Shown: positions 13,825-28,484, counted from the stretch's first letter. The stretch is 64,000 nucleotides of DNA from Octopus sinensis (GCF_006345805.1 NC_043006.1:104656001-104720000), one strand, 5' to 3'. Program-made: numbers and translations. The notes: generated by a model from the letters alone, not told the origin.

Positions 13825-14035
13825 ATTTTTGGCACAAGGCCTGCAATCTCGGAAAAAGGGATAAGTCGATTATATCGACCCCCAACACCCGTAGCAGTAT
13901 TGAACTGCTACTTACTTTTTTCGACCTCGAAAGGATGAAATGTAAAGTCAACTCCGACGGCATTTGAACTCAGAATTAAAAACGGACGAAATGTTGCTAA
14001 GAATGTTTCCTGGCGTGGTAACGATTACACCAGCT
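13825..14035 (-). mobile_element. Older SINE family A copy
   Basis: 'aagtcgattatatcgacccc...cgaaaggatgaaatgtaaagtcaactccgacggcatttgaactcagaa'. Confidence 0.75.
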
Positions 14036-14378
14036 AGCAACCTCAGTACCCCTGCAACGTATCAAAAGCCAAATGGAGAGCTCGCAGCATTTCTTTGCCT
14101 TTGTCTGAGAAACCCTTGGTCAGCATATAGAGATGCAACCGAATTCTGAATTAGTCGTGTGAGAAATCCTACAAGTCGTAGACTTATCTCTCACTGATGA
14201 TCGGCCACGGTGTTTTTATTTAGAAAAAAAAAAGATGATTAAGGACTGTCTTGATGAACCTTTATTAATTTATCCATTCATCTTAATATGAATGAAGCCG
14301 TACCTTTCTATGGAGTAATGATAAAACCCAGTTTTTGTACCTCGCTCAGATAAAATTGCAATACTGAGGAATTTATTT

Positions 14379-14595
14379 AAGGCGGCGAGCTGGCAGGATC
14401 GTTAGTGCGTCGAATAAATTTGCTTAGAGACATTCCGCTTGTCTTTACATTCTTAGTTCAAATGCAGCCGACGTCGACATGCCTTTCATCCTTTTGAAAT
14501 CGATAAAATAAGTACTAGTTGAGCACTGAGGTCGATGTAATCGGCATAAACCCTCCTCTGTACTTGCTACTCTTGTGACCAAATTTGAAACCAGT
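14379..14595 (+). mobile_element. Older SINE family A copy
   Basis: Starts 'aaggcggcgagctggcaggatcgttag'; central 'gcctttcatccttt..cgataaaataagtac'. Confidence 0.8.
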
Positions 14596-16012
14596 ATTGA
14601 CAAAAATTAAAATGTGATAAAGATATTGATGTATTTTCCTAGAATACTCTCCAAATTAAATTAATTAAATACTTTACAAATACAAACCAAGATAGAAAAT
14701 GTGCACATCTAAGAAGTTCTGTGGACATATATTTTTTAAATCTTGGTTTAGTGTTTAAAATGTAAATAATTTAATTTAGTAAAAGCTCGGATCCCCGTGG
14801 GTAAGTGTCCAGCTTACGATCTCACGTACCTGGTTTCAATTCTATGATCGAGCAGTGCGTTAAACCTTTTATTTTCTGTCGCCCCAATATACTTAAAGTG
14901 ACTACCAGTCAGGACTAGTGTTGCTCTGTCTCCCTCTTTCTCTCTCGCTCCCTCTCCTTTTCTTTCTCACTCTCCCTCTCTCTTCCTCTCCTTCTCTTTC
15001 CCTCTTTGCTTGCTTTCTCTCCCCTCCAGTTGTCGTATCTAGTGTATTCTCTTGGGTCAAGGGTAAAGTGGCCGGAAAAGCATGTGTGTGTGTGTGTGTG
15101 TGTATGTGTAGACAATATAGACAACTAAATCCATTAGTGAAAGAATGCTACACTTTACCAAACCATTCACCCGCTTTCAAGTAACAGCTGATTTAATTAT
15201 AATAAAGTATACTTAACCATTTTACTTTATCAGCTTTTGGTGAGTTTTCAGTTAAATCACAACTTCACACCAACATTTTTCCTTTAGGAGTTCGTACATT
15301 AATTTGAGAAGACGTATGGCCTAATGGATAGGGTGTTACACTCAAGACCCTAATATCGTGACTTCATTTCTCAATTCTGAGACCTGACTGGCTGGTGCGT
15401 TGTGTTGTTTAGCAAAACATTTCGTCTCACGTTGCTTTGCGATCAATTGCAAACCTGACGAGTGGCGCACTGAGCACCTCTACAGATAATGTGGATCTCC
15501 TGAAGGAAGCGAGCACAAGATTTGGACCACTATAAATAAATCATCAGTGCAGGTTGTTTGTTCATCATGAAATTGTAGAAACTTCTTTCTAGGAATCAAG
15601 AGACCACCATACATCCATTAATTCAAAATATCATATACCGCGACTGATGAAAGCACAAATACCACCAAAGCAATAACATCCGAAAAAATATACGCCACAG
15701 AAGAGAAGGGTCTGTATGTAATGTGTAAATGTGTATCGTTTGCACAACTAAAGAGCTTATGAACGAGCTTAGGGGACATCGGATCACTTACCAAGTGGTG
15801 TGTAGTTCAAATTCTGATAATAGCTTCTACTTCCTTTCCACCTAGGTCGACTTTGCTGTTCATCCTTTCGAGGTCGATAAATTAAGTAACAGTTGCCTCC
15901 TCAAAAATTTCTGGTTTTGTTCCTAGAGTAGAAAAGCATATCTGATACTTCGTAATACTTTTCTCAGAAAGATTCACATCACGAATAGCCACATCCTGTA
16001 GGTTAGTAGATT

Positions 16013-16396
16013 AGGCGCAGCAGTGGCTATGTGGTAAGTAGCTTGCCTACCAACGAAGGCCCCGGGTTCAGACCCACTGCGTGTCGCCTTGGGAAAGTGA
16101 CTTCTACTATAGCCTCGGGCTGATTAATGTTTTGTGGGTGGATTTGGTAGACGTTAAATGAAAGAAGCCCATTGTATATACATATGTGTGTGTGCGTGTG
16201 TGTCTGTGTTTCTTCCCCCACCATCACTTGACAACCAAAGTTGGTGTGTTTACGTGCCTGTAACTTTGCAGTTCGGCAAAAGCAACCGATAAAATAAGTA
16301 GTACGTTTAGAAAAAATAAGTGCTGAGGACGATTTACTCGACTAAAGGCGTTGCTCCAGCATGGCCGCAGTCAAACGACTCAAACAACGAAAAGAA
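16013..16396 (+). mobile_element. Full-length SINE family B
   Basis: 'aggcgcagcagtggctatgtggtaagtagcttgc...gggttcagacccactgcgtgtcgccttgggaaagtg...ccagcatggccgcagtcaaacgact'. Confidence 0.9.
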
Positions 16397-16680
16397 GCAA
16401 AAAATATAGCATAAAATGACTGCAGTATTAGATTCAGTTCTACAGATTCTTGAAGAACATGCAGCATAGATTAAAAGACAAGGAAGTGTTAAATGGATGG
16501 GCAGAGGTGTTTCTTTACAAGGCAGAGGAATATGGTATTCCTATGTTGTTGTTTTTTTAATATATTTGCTATTCATCTATTTCTGAATATTAAGAATATT
16601 CGATAAAATTCCTTTTAGCAGAAAATAAAAAGAAAAGGAAAAATGGAAATTGAATAAGGGAACATAAGAACTTATTTTAA

Positions 16681-17060
<380 letters not shown>

Positions 17061-17707
17061 CATACACGCGAGTGCGCACACACAGATACACACATAAACA
17101 AATGTTTACATATCAAGTGTAATATTTTACATTACGTTTGCTGAATTTATAAGGTATCACCAAGAAATATAGGCAGAGAGGGGGAGAGGGAAAAGGAAGG
17201 AGCGAGAAAGAGTGGGGAGACAGGGAGAGAAAGAGAGAAGAATCGAAACACAATGAAGGAAAAGACCACAATGACAAGAATACCCAGCAAGTTAGAATAT
17301 CTAGAAAAAGAAAAGAGTAAAATAAATACAGAAGAGAAAGAGAGGAAATGAAAGAGAGATAATGATAAATATATAAGCAAAATTACGTTGTCAATAAGCG
17401 TGTTGCTGCTGTTATTGGTGATGGTTTTGTTGGTATTAATAAGAAATGGGTTGACAAAGTGAAGTTATCAAGTTAGAAACGTGATTTAGTTGAGCGAAAT
17501 TGAAAAATCCATTACTTTACTCATGAAGTCATATATTGATATCAACAACTGAAGAGAGAGCGCGCGAGAGAGAGACAGAGAGAGCGAGGGAGAGAGAGAC
17601 AGGAAGAGAGAGAGAGAGAGGGGGAAGTGGGACATATTAGGACACATGTATGCATATGCATATATATATTGTAAGTGCGTTTATATATATATGCATATAT
17701 AAGGCAT

Positions 17708-18240
17708 ATCTACTACATATGTGGAAAAGCGGTCTGTGATTGTTTGTGGGGTTGTTAACTAACTCCTCCTACCTCGTTTTATTTCTTTTGATGAAGCTTG
17801 ACATGTGACTAGAACTCATGTCTGCAAACTTCGTGACATACTTAGACTGTTGAAGAAATCGATAATAGAGCCCCTGGAAGGTACCTTTATATCTACCTCA
17901 TATAACTAATTTCTTTTGACACCCAGGGGAAACAACCCATACCATCTGCACACTATTCTTCTTAAACACTCAAGGGAAATAACCCATTTCATTTTTTATG
18001 TCCGATTACTTTGAATATTGATATTTTTCTGTATTCTATTTCTGAATTTTGTAGAGAATATCACTTTTAAACTTTATTTGACAAGTGAGTAGAACTTATG
18101 TGTGGAAAACTCGTGACATACACTGTTGAAAAATATCGATAATAGGTCCCCTCCAATGGATCCTTCTATCTACTACATATTACTAATATTTTATTTAAAC
18201 CACCCAAGGGAAATAACTAATACCACCTGCAGTTTTTAGC
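17708..18240 (+). repeat. Diverged tandem modules, possibly Helitron-derived
   Basis: 17798-17950 and 18078-18231 align ('ttgaca.gtga.tagaact.atgt...cgtgacatac...actgttgaa...atcgataatag'). Confidence 0.45.
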
Positions 18241-18848
18241 GAAGCGGTCAATATTTGATTCTCACAATCTGCGGACCTAATTCTGCATTTCACTACTCAC
18301 AGTTTTGAACTACTAAACATTATTATTGCTCTTCCTTAATTTGAATTTTAAACATTAAATACTTCATTCATATGTTTCTATACATACACACTTTTCGAAT
18401 GCCCAGTTACCCCTTTTCCATAACAGTACATAAATTTGTTATTCCACAATGTATTTGTAGTGGGTTCATACAGGCATAGCATGGATTCGATCCTCGATTG
18501 CCAAATTTCACTTGCCACTTCAACAGCGCTTTTCTCACGGTAAAACAATAATTTTATGTGAATGACAGAAGTTATACATTTCCCAGTTGCTTCGCTAGGC
18601 AGAATAATGTCTTTGCCTCTTGACCCTTCTAACCTCTTCTAGGCCACCAGGGGCTGGAATGGAGTAACATACCTCCAACAAAATCATTTATTCCCAACAA
18701 TATATCTATCCTTCTGGCTAGTGTTCTGGTCAGTGGTCAGTCAAGATAAATTGATTGTTGGAAGGTGATAGACAGAGAAAAATATGAGAGTTTAACAGGA
18801 TGATAGGGTAAAGAGTAAAGGAGTGTCAGATAGAATTATTGGCATTGC

Positions 18849-19391
18849 CTAAGGGGTATTGTGGAAATATACTGTATGGTCATTTAGGTATATGGATTTG
18901 TGGTAGAATTTGAATGTGTGAAAAAAGCGGTGGTAGCATGTGCTTAGTACCTCATTATGTTTATTTAGCAGTGTTGGAGAGTTGTGCTTTAATATGTGAA
19001 GTGCCTCCTTCAGGCAAGGCTTGCAGGTTGAGCGTTGACGTCGGTAGGGAAGCCCTGAATCCAATATGGACCATGATAGAGTATAGGGTATATTTGTATT
19101 TTTGAGATGATGTATGTGGTTGGCGAGTGTTGTAGATTTACTATGTTTATCGTATCTAAAAGAAAGGAGATGAGCGGCATATCGTTGCTTAAAATTTTCG
19201 GTTGATCCTATGTATATGGCTGTAGAATTGTGCAATAGATTAAGGACAGTGCATTTGTAAATTACATTATATCTTCTGCAATGGGTTTGTAACGGGCAGA
19301 TGGTTCCAGGACGGCAGTTACAATGATATGAATTTGGGGGAATGGAGGAGGTAATATTGTCAGAGGAGAGTTTGAGAAAGGGGTAGAACAT
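18849..19391 (-). CDS. Uninterrupted GIY-YIG endonuclease domain of a Naiad-like Penelope element (3' fragment, about 18700-19620)
   Basis: CNCR..CPL..C..VIY..YIGST.NFKQRY..H..SF..STTLA.HI..LK..W.IL..Y..C..CLKE..I..LLNK..E..S.C.H, the typical Naiad-type EN signature; upstream 'ITYSS' linker motif. Confidence 0.85.
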   Translation of the reverse strand: MFYPFLKLSSDNITSSIPPNSYHCNCRPGTICPLQTHCRRYNVIYKCTVLNLLHNSTAIYIGSTENFKQRYAAHLLSFRYDKHSKSTTLANHIHHLKNTNIPYTLSWSILDSGLPYRRQRSTCKPCLKEALHILKHNSPTLLNKHNEVLSTCYHRFFHTFKFYHKSIYLNDHTVYFHNTP

Positions 19392-20298
19392 TCTAGATTA
19401 TTACTATTATTAACTTTATCATTACCATCATTGTTGTCATTACCATTGTAGTTATTAATTGTAGTATTTGTAAGTGGAAGTGATTGTGGTGGTGTTTCGG
19501 GCAGTGTCAGTAGGATGGGTTGGGTTGTGGTTGTGGTCTAATGTAAGGGTATCAGTGCTGGTGGTGTGTGTATGTTGAGTGTTCGTATGACTAGAGCTGT
19601 AAGTTATATTGCTATTTCATTTATTATCTTCGTTCTTGACTTGAAGATACAGAACAAAATTTTAGAGATATGCTCTTTATCAGGTTTTCAGTAATGCTTT
19701 TTGGATGGTTGGTTTGTGTATGTACATTGGGATACACACAAAATATTTCTAAGACATGTTCTATATCTACCTAAACATCTATGTAAAAAGCGTAAGGGTA
19801 CATAATGCTGGAATTAAATTTGAATTTTTGAACTTTATATTACTTTACATGTAAAAGCAAATGATTAAATCCAATAAGACCAAAGTAACAATACTAATTA
19901 CTGATCCACTACCCAAAAGCTTCTTCTACATATCTACTTTTGCAAACCATAACAGAATAATGACCTGAAACTAACACACATAAACATACGCAGGTGTTTA
20001 TAAAGTTTTATACGCATGAATAGATTCTGAACAAAATTATAACACCGGATTTAATGTATAAAATGTTCACCGTACCTCACCATCACAACACAATATACAA
20101 CCTACGATAATGTTAATCATTCGATTGAGCCTCACAAATACCCAGAAATATTTAACTCCATAGAGAAGATATAAATCCAAGATTAACTTAAAGCATCATA
20201 GTCCAATGATGGCTAAGATGGCCAAAACATCGAAGTAACTGTCAATACAATTCTTGTTAAAGAATAGTAAATACATACATGCACATATATGCATACAT

Positions 20299-20558
20299 GT
20301 GGAGGCATATGGTCTAGTGGTTAGAACAGCGGACTCGCGGTCGTGGGATCGCGGGTTCGAATCTCAGACCGGACGATATGTGTGTTTATGAGCGAAACAC
20401 CTAAGCTCCACGCGGCTCCGGCAGAAGGTAATGGCGAAACTTCTGCTGACTCTTCCGCCACAGCATTCTCTCACTCGTCCAGGTGGGGAACCTATACACC
20501 AAGAAACCGGGAAACCGGCCCTTATGAGCCAGGCATGGCTCGAGAAGGAACAAACAAA
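20299..20558 (+). mobile_element. SINE family C with 14-bp TSD
   Basis: A-box 'tggtctagtgg', B-box 'ggttcgaatct'; TSD atatatgcatacat at 20285-20298 and 20559-20572. Confidence 0.9.
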
Positions 20559-20829
20559 ATATATGCATACATACATATTAATACACACACATATGTGTAT
20601 ATATTATATACTAAAATGAATGGTTTATACCTGGTATTTTATACCCGGAAAAGCACGGTCACTTTCACAGTCTTCGTTACGTATCTGGTTAATGACAGAC
20701 GGAAGATGGAAAATATGAGTGTTTTTATTAATCACCAACATTGTTTCGACACATCTAGCATCCTATAAAACCAGAGCTATCCAGTGTAGCATGCTACTGT
20801 TCTCAATGAGAGCTTACTGCTACAGATTG

Positions 20830-21280
20830 ATAGAATATGCTCGGTAGAATGTTAACTTTTAACCAAAATCCAACAATTTAGTCTCTTCCAGGGGCTTTAC
20901 CGTCCAGGAGTTTCTGGATCACAGTTGCAAGGGTTTCACCATGAATGTTGTATGTCTTGGATGTAACGCAGGAGCAATACCTTTTTCGAATTTCTTCCAG
21001 CCACTGAGCATCTTGGTTAATTTCCTTCTCTTCACTCCAGATTATCCTCCAGAAGGGGTCTATGTCTTCATGTGAAGGAGCTTCCGTGATGTTTACTGCT
21101 CCTCCTCTCATGTCTCTGTGTACTGCTGCCTGTGGTTAATTTTTTTGTTTATTGTTCTTCTCTCAGTTATTCTCTTCCGATGTCGGAGTTTTTCACTGAG
21201 AGCTTTTAGCTCCTGCTTGGTTTGCAAGTGATTATCCTCCTTTTACTGTCTCCAAACATCATTTCTATCTCCTTCATGAA
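20830..21280 (-). mobile_element. R4/Dong-clade non-LTR retrotransposon fragment (pre-RT region)
   Basis: ORF 20878-21111: FWRIIWSE..INQDAQWLEEI...KAPGRD, typical of R4/Dong motif-0 region. Confidence 0.7.
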
Positions 21281-21288
21281 TATTATAG

Positions 21289-21319
<31 letters not shown>

Positions 21320-21376
21320 AACATACATACACAAACACACACACACACATATATATATATGCATGCATATATATAT

Positions 21377-21384
<8 letters not shown>

Positions 21385-21409
<25 letters not shown>

Positions 21410-21481
21410 TAGATAGATAGATAGAGAGATAGAGAGATAGATAGAGAGATAGATAGAGAGATAGATAGATAGATAGACAGT

Positions 21482-21569
<88 letters not shown>

Positions 21570-21570
21570 C
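21385..21570. repeat. (GATA)n microsatellite
   Basis: Direct reading. Confidence 0.95.
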
Positions 21571-22170
21571 AGACATACAGACAGAAAGACAGAGATGGAT
21601 TATATACGTAAATATGATGGAAGTCAACTGTTAACAGAGTAAAACCATTACTTAAACTCAGTGAGTTCTTGCAAATATTGTGAGATTCCAGGAAGTTCCT
21701 GTTTGTGATTTTGTTTTAAATGGAAGAGTTCTTGCACATCGTTGGACCCGCTTTTGAGTGCAATTAGCTGCTGGTACAACAGAGGCTGAGACGAACTTCA
21801 GCTTTCTTTTCATACGAGTTTACCTTCTCTTAGAATGAATTTCTAACAGGACCTTGGGATTCTTACGCTAATTAACTCATGGTTAGAACCTTTACAGGCG
21901 CTACTCACTACGGCACAGAGTAGACCTAAGACCAATGGTGGCTAAAGATATGACTCTACACTCTTCAAGACCATAAAACCCCTGTATCAGTGCCCCACCC
22001 ACGGATGAAGTCTGAAGTGATATACAGGGCATATGTATACCTACTTAATTATCTTCCTACCTACTTTTCTACCTACCTGCCTGCCTACCTACCTACCTAC
22101 CTACCTAACTACCTACCTACCTACATACATACATACATACACCCGTACGTATATATATATATATATATAT

Positions 22171-22523
22171 CAAAAATAAGGGTGAAAAAATTGGATATTA
22201 ATTTGATAACATCAATTTAACACCAAGTGGTTTAGCGCATAAAAACTGGGATTCAGTAAATATTAATATACAAATATAAGAGAGAATCCACTATGTGGAC
22301 GCTCTTGCGCTAAAAATAGATCCGCAATGGTCTCAACCATCAAGAATTGTTCTCAAGGAAAATTAGCACAACTATGAACGTAAGCGAGCATAGTTCATAG
22401 TTGTGCTAATTTTCCTTGAGAACAATTCTTGATGGTTGAGACAATTGCGGATCTATTTTTAGCGCAAGAGCGTCCACATAGTAGATTCTCTCTTATATTT
22501 GTGTATTAATATTTACTGAATCC

Positions 22524-22527
<4 letters not shown>
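22171..22527. mobile_element. (TA)n-anchored fold-back element, 135-bp arms
   Basis: Arms 22245-22379 / 22393-22527 (3 mismatches counted), 13-nt spacer, unpaired terminus 22171-22244. Confidence 0.8.
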
Positions 22528-22560
<33 letters not shown>

Positions 22561-23523
22561 GGGGGGAGTGTGTGTGTACGTGATCGCCAATGAAAATACT
22601 TTACAAATTTTCTCAGATTCTCAGATGCACTAATATGGCTGAAAACACACATGACTTAAAATATCTTGTTTCGTCTGTATACCTTAGAAGACGAACAAGT
22701 TATAATCATGGATTGAGTTCACGTCATTCGAGAATAGTTTTATTCCGATTTTTTTTCAAGGTAAAGCCTCGAACGGAAGAATCATCAACATTGGTATTAT
22801 AAACATGTAATAACAATATGAAAGCGTAAATGAAACAAATAACTTATTACTGATACGGTGATAAAATGACGAATATCAAGTCAGATTTCCTAAATATCAA
22901 CCGACTGGAATTGAAATTCTATATCATGTCTGCTACTGTCAGTTTTTCAGCTCTTTAATCAAATATATGACCTCGCATACTTGTCAGATATAATCAACAA
23001 ATGGTGACAATGGGGAAAGTAGATTTTTCAGACACACAGATACATACGGTATCTTTGTTAATAACAACATATAAGATTTCGTTTATATTGAAATTAACGT
23101 CTTTTAGTTTATGAGATTTTAGGGGAAAAAAACTGGATTACTGAGTGCTGAAAGAAATAATGGTAATTCTATGTATTTCCCTCGCGAATGTTAAAATAAA
23201 TGTTTGTGGTTTTTATCACTCTACCATAATGGTTATTTTTCATTCAATGCATATATATTTCAGAGAAGAAAAAATAACTACCATAAACCTATTAATAATT
23301 CTCTATGTATATAGAGTATAATAGTAAAATTGTTTATCTCTTATTTGAATTCCATAAGTGTCTATTAACATAACCATAGCATAAATACATATAGACACAC
23401 AACACAGTAATATATATTAACATATGTCTGTATAATTGTACACAAATATGAATGTGTACGTGTATGTATGTATATACTATAATATAATATATCTATCTAT
23501 CTATCTATCTATCTATTTATTTA

Positions 23524-23586
<63 letters not shown>

Positions 23587-23635
23587 CTTACGTGGAAGAG
23601 GATGCGTAGCATTCAGTCATATAATAATATAAATG

Positions 23636-23692
<57 letters not shown>

Positions 23693-23693
23693 A

Positions 23694-23748
<55 letters not shown>

Positions 23749-23954
23749 TATATACATATATGTGCTTAAGTGTTTGGGTAAAGTATAAATTCTACATTCT
23801 TTATACCAAACTAATTCTGAAACGCGTACATGGGTAATCAAATATCGATTGATTTTCGTTATTCTCTATCCCTGCCTGCGTGGATTGTTTCCGAGTATAT
23901 ACATACATATATACCTACATTTATACATATATATATATATATAATATATATATA

Positions 23955-23988
<34 letters not shown>

Positions 23989-24009
23989 TTGTATACATAA
24001 ATATATTTG

Positions 24010-24300
24010 TATATATTCCCACCGTAATTCTATGCGATACCCCGAGAATAGGACACCGACTAGTCTTGCAAAGCTTGTCTTGGAATTGAAAGGTAATGAC
24101 ACCCGTCCTTTCAATGTAATCTGGAAAAATACTAGAAAATGCATCATCATACAGACATTAAGCTTATGAAAGACCTATGAAATGTAATATTTGCCTCTCA
24201 GAAAAGTTCTTCATCTTGTTCCAGGAAACAAACGCTTTGAACAGAGACGCGTGCTCTTAAATTCCTGCAGGCACGCCACAAAATGTAAAATGTCAACTGA
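24010..24300 (+). mobile_element. Decayed Naiad-like PLE endonuclease 3' fragment
   Basis: Frameshifted peptides TSLAKLVLELK..NVIWK, ILENASSY, KCNICLSEKFFIL, LLNSCRHATK. Confidence 0.75.
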
Positions 24301-25075
24301 CAAAATGCCGTATGGGTAACATGTTTTGACTGTCGAAATATATATTTTAACTGTCGCATTTGACTTTAGACGGTGTAGTTATTTTGCATCGCAACGCTAA
24401 TATATATTTCGACTTCATTTTTAAGAAAGCCATCGACTGTTTTATTAATTTAATTTTAAGCTTAAGTTTCACCGTGGTTTATTTTTATTATCTTCCTTTT
24501 AATTTTTAGTCACGTATTTAATTATGTTACATCAAATTAATGTACAATTTCCTTATTTTACATTTTAATATTATACACACCGAACAGTTTTTAAAAATTG
24601 TTTGCATATATACGTTATACTGTAGATATGTCCCTATATATTTATGTGTATGTATGTATTGTAGGGATGAATATGTATCTATATGCATGTATGTGTGTGT
24701 ACGTATACATTGTACTTTTGTATATTTATTTGCGTATCCATATGCATGTATATTTGCATATATATTTATACTTATGTAGATATACATGTAACTTTATGTG
24801 TGCATTTTTATGCGATCGTTGCACAACCTTTACGAAGTATCCAAACGGTATTGTTCACATTCGAGCATCATAAGGTAGCACTGTCTGCCCCTCTCTAGTT
24901 TCCCCCTTTTCTCTCGCTACTTCTCTGTTCACCTTTCTTTTATTTTCGCTTTCATTCTTCTCCACTGTTTTCTTCCTCCTTCCCTTACTTAATATTTTCT
25001 GATTTTTCTTTCTCTTCCTTTCGCCTGTAACAACTAACTTGTATAAGCTTACGCCAGGAGATTTTATGCGCGTGC

Positions 25076-25115
<40 letters not shown>

Positions 25116-25368
25116 AACAAATTAAAAAATAAAACATATGCCTATATACATACATATATGTACGTATCTACAACTATATGTATATATACATGCATATATG
25201 GGTGCAGGACACCAAAAAACGTCGGACACAATGAGAAGCGAAAACATAAACACAAAACCAAGGAAATGGACATTTTTCTTAAACAACGAAAAAATAGAGT
25301 ACAGGACAAATAACAGAAGGAAAATTCCCCTTCTTCAGTCGCCTCTGTTTCATCTACTCTGCGTTTCG

Positions 25369-25507
<139 letters not shown>

Positions 25508-26010
25508 TTATTTATTTATGCCTCGCCTATATATGTCTGTATATGTATGTAGTTATGTTCATGCGTCTGTACTAGTGTATATATGTATATTGTAGATGGT
25601 TTGGTAGGTGCATATGCTGCTAAATGTATATGTAATCCAACGTGAAAAAAATTATAAACGTATATAACTTGAATGTATTAATTGATTAACTGTTTACATA
25701 TAATTATTTACCCTGGGTATTTAGACTCTGTCCTTCTTTATATGTTATTTTTGATTTAAGATTTTCTTCGATTTCATAAGTTGATTTTATACCCAAATTT
25801 GTTCATTACATGCAACCGGTCATTGTAAAGATCGTTATTTGAAAGGACCAATGAGACAAAACCATTTTCAAATGTGTATCCATTAAACTAATTGTATATG
25901 TTTGCTTATAACCTTATTTTTTTCCCATTCTAAACAAAACTGCCCGTCAAGCGTGAACGTGAAACTCTGAGTAACAGTTTTTGTGATATTTTTGCTGCTT
26001 TTTAATAAAG

Positions 26011-26049
<39 letters not shown>

Positions 26050-26266
26050 GTAAAATATGAAAAATCAACGAAAATGCATATTGCAAATAGAAAAAGGCTA
26101 TTTATGACAGGTAGTGACAAATATATACATTTAGATTGATTGAGGTAGTAATACGAGTCATTAAGGTCATTATTATGAGATGATTATAAGATGATAATAA
26201 AGTAAGAGAACAAAATGAACCAGCGGTTTACGCGAAGGCTATTCGTCGTTTGAACAACACCGGTTA

Positions 26267-26330
<64 letters not shown>

Positions 26331-26449
26331 TGTATGTATGTATGTATGTATGTATGTATGTATGTATGTACTTATGTATATACATTTGTATATATGCATG
26401 TATGACATATATCCACATATATATATGCCGATGTGTGGAGCTAGGTACA

Positions 26450-27201
26450 TCCAAGATCATTAAGAATGAAGTGTCCGATTATGAACTTTATCTCAACGAA
26501 AAGCAATGCAGTTAATCAATGTATGCACCTAAATTATCAACACAATTTTACTATTTTATCGGTAGCTTATTTATGCTGGCAGTGGAAAATTCTGCTCTGC
26601 AAGAGGTGATGAAATCACGAAAGGGTGTTTTTGCATCTTCTTCAGATTTGAAGTTGTTTCAGATTTGAACTTTGCATCTTCTTCAGATTTGAACTTGCAA
26701 AAAGTTGTCTAATGCCTGGAACAACATGATAGTTGGTGCAAGGTCTGGTGAATATGCTAATTCACGCGTAGTTTGTGAGGTATCCGCTTCCATTACAGTT
26801 TCCAGCTCATCATTATCCACCCTAGTCTCGGGTTTACTATGGGGCTGATTTTCAAGAGAAAAGTCACCAGACCGGAACCATCGATGTACAGTGCGCTCAT
26901 TCGCCACATCTTCATTAAGCATCTCACTGATGTTACAAGCTGTCTGGGATGCATTGGTTCTTGGACGGAATTTATATACATAAACAACACGTTTTTTTTT
27001 ATCTATCCATGGATACGCAAAAATTGATTTATAAGAAAAATCTCACAATATAATCAGGCACCATGAATCGCATTTCGGAAAGTGATGATGTGACGCTTCA
27101 ATGTTGTAAAACAAAGAATTGTCAGGATAAAACATTAGAGTTAGCGACTGTCAAACTTGGTGCAGAAGAAAATCGGACGTTTCATTCTTAATGAGCTGAT
27201 A
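26450..27201 (-). mobile_element. Internally deleted mariner (cecropia/Hsmar1-like)
   Basis: TIRs tcattaagaatgaagtgtccgatt / aatcggacgtttcattcttaatga; ORF 26683-26922 ANERTVHRWF..GDFSLENQP..DNDEL..EAD..TTRELA fused to YSPDLAPT..LFQALDNFL. Confidence 0.88.
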
Positions 27202-27914
27202 AAATGTTCGATAATGAAATAAAATTGAAATCAGTGATAAAATCAGTGAACGAATCTAATTGATAAATGAGGTGAATCCTTTTTCTTAATTGAACATATA
27301 ATTAATAAATTGCAAAAGGTGGGACAAAAAAATCTCCCACAGCAATAGCGAAAAGTTATAATTAATTGTGAGTAAATGACTTAAAATTATCACTTTCCAA
27401 CTTGTACATCATGATATTGATTCTACTGTTTACTTTGCTGCATTCGTCAGATTAAGTGGCAATTCCAGAACGTGTTGTAACCAGGCTTTGGATTTTCTCA
27501 ATCGTGAGAAATGTTCAGATGGAAAAGCTCGCCATTGCATTACGTGCAAGCAGTGTTGCAGGATTAGGTAACATTGATTCTTCTGTGAATCTTGTACCTC
27601 AAAGATTCGCTGTTGTGTTGGATTTTTTTGGTCGATTTTAATTAACTCCAAACAGTCGGATACGATAGGAATTCGATATTGCAATTTCGTATAACTATTT
27701 TTTAGGTGAAGGGGATAACAAAAAATGGGATTTGGATTTTGGAAAAAAACAAAAAACAAAAAATGTTTTGATAGTTTTCCTCGGCAACGACAGCAGCTCA
27801 TATTACTGTGCTCTGTGAGGAATGGAAAGAGCTGATGTTTTGAGGATGGTTGTGTGTTCCGTAGTTCGCTACGGAACAACATACAAGCAAGGCAAATTAT
27901 ATAATAATAATAAT

Positions 27915-28030
27915 AACGAAATTCATTGGAATAGAAGCCGGTAATGGCTGCAGAAAGGAGATTTAAAAGGGCCCACTGAGGCATTATTGTGCAGCACCCA
28001 AAAACAAACTACTCCAAATATCTTATTGGA
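27915..28030 (+). mobile_element. Tiny R4/Dong LINE fragment following (TAA)n
   Basis: Translates WLQKGDLKGPTEALLCA, resembling the R4 'WL..G.LK.ETE....AAQ' motif. Confidence 0.55.
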
Positions 28031-28364
28031 ATAATACTGGATTGAATGACTCAGTCGTACTCATTTCTCAGTGCTCAAATCAAATCGAGACTGAAACAAG
28101 AAGAACGAAATCAGATGAGTGTAGAGTCGGAAATATCGGCAGATCGTCATAATAACGTTCAGTGTTTGTTTAGTTTTGTTACATCATATACAATAATACC
28201 CCTACCAAATTGGAGAGGTCAAGGCGGTGAATTTACCTTGGCTTTATCACAGATATAAGGTATCAAAGTGAGTCATTTGCATGGGCAACTGCCGATCTTA
28301 GACAGCGTGGCACATATGTGTACCTGATAAGGGAAACAACGATGGACACTTTCCAATATAAATT

Positions 28365-28377
<13 letters not shown>

Positions 28378-28406
<29 letters not shown>

Positions 28407-28434
28407 GATAGATAGATAGATATATAAATAGATG

Positions 28435-28482
<48 letters not shown>
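28378..28482. repeat. (GATA)n microsatellite
   Basis: Direct reading. Confidence 0.9.

Positions 28483-28484
<2 letters not shown>

Noticed and set aside
20299-20372. tRNA gene
   Set aside because: A and B boxes are present but the acceptor stem does not close, and it continues into a SINE body with a TSD.
26683-26922. Domesticated SETMAR-like gene
   Set aside because: The catalytic core is deleted (RELA joined to YSPDLAP), TIRs flank it and there is no SET domain.
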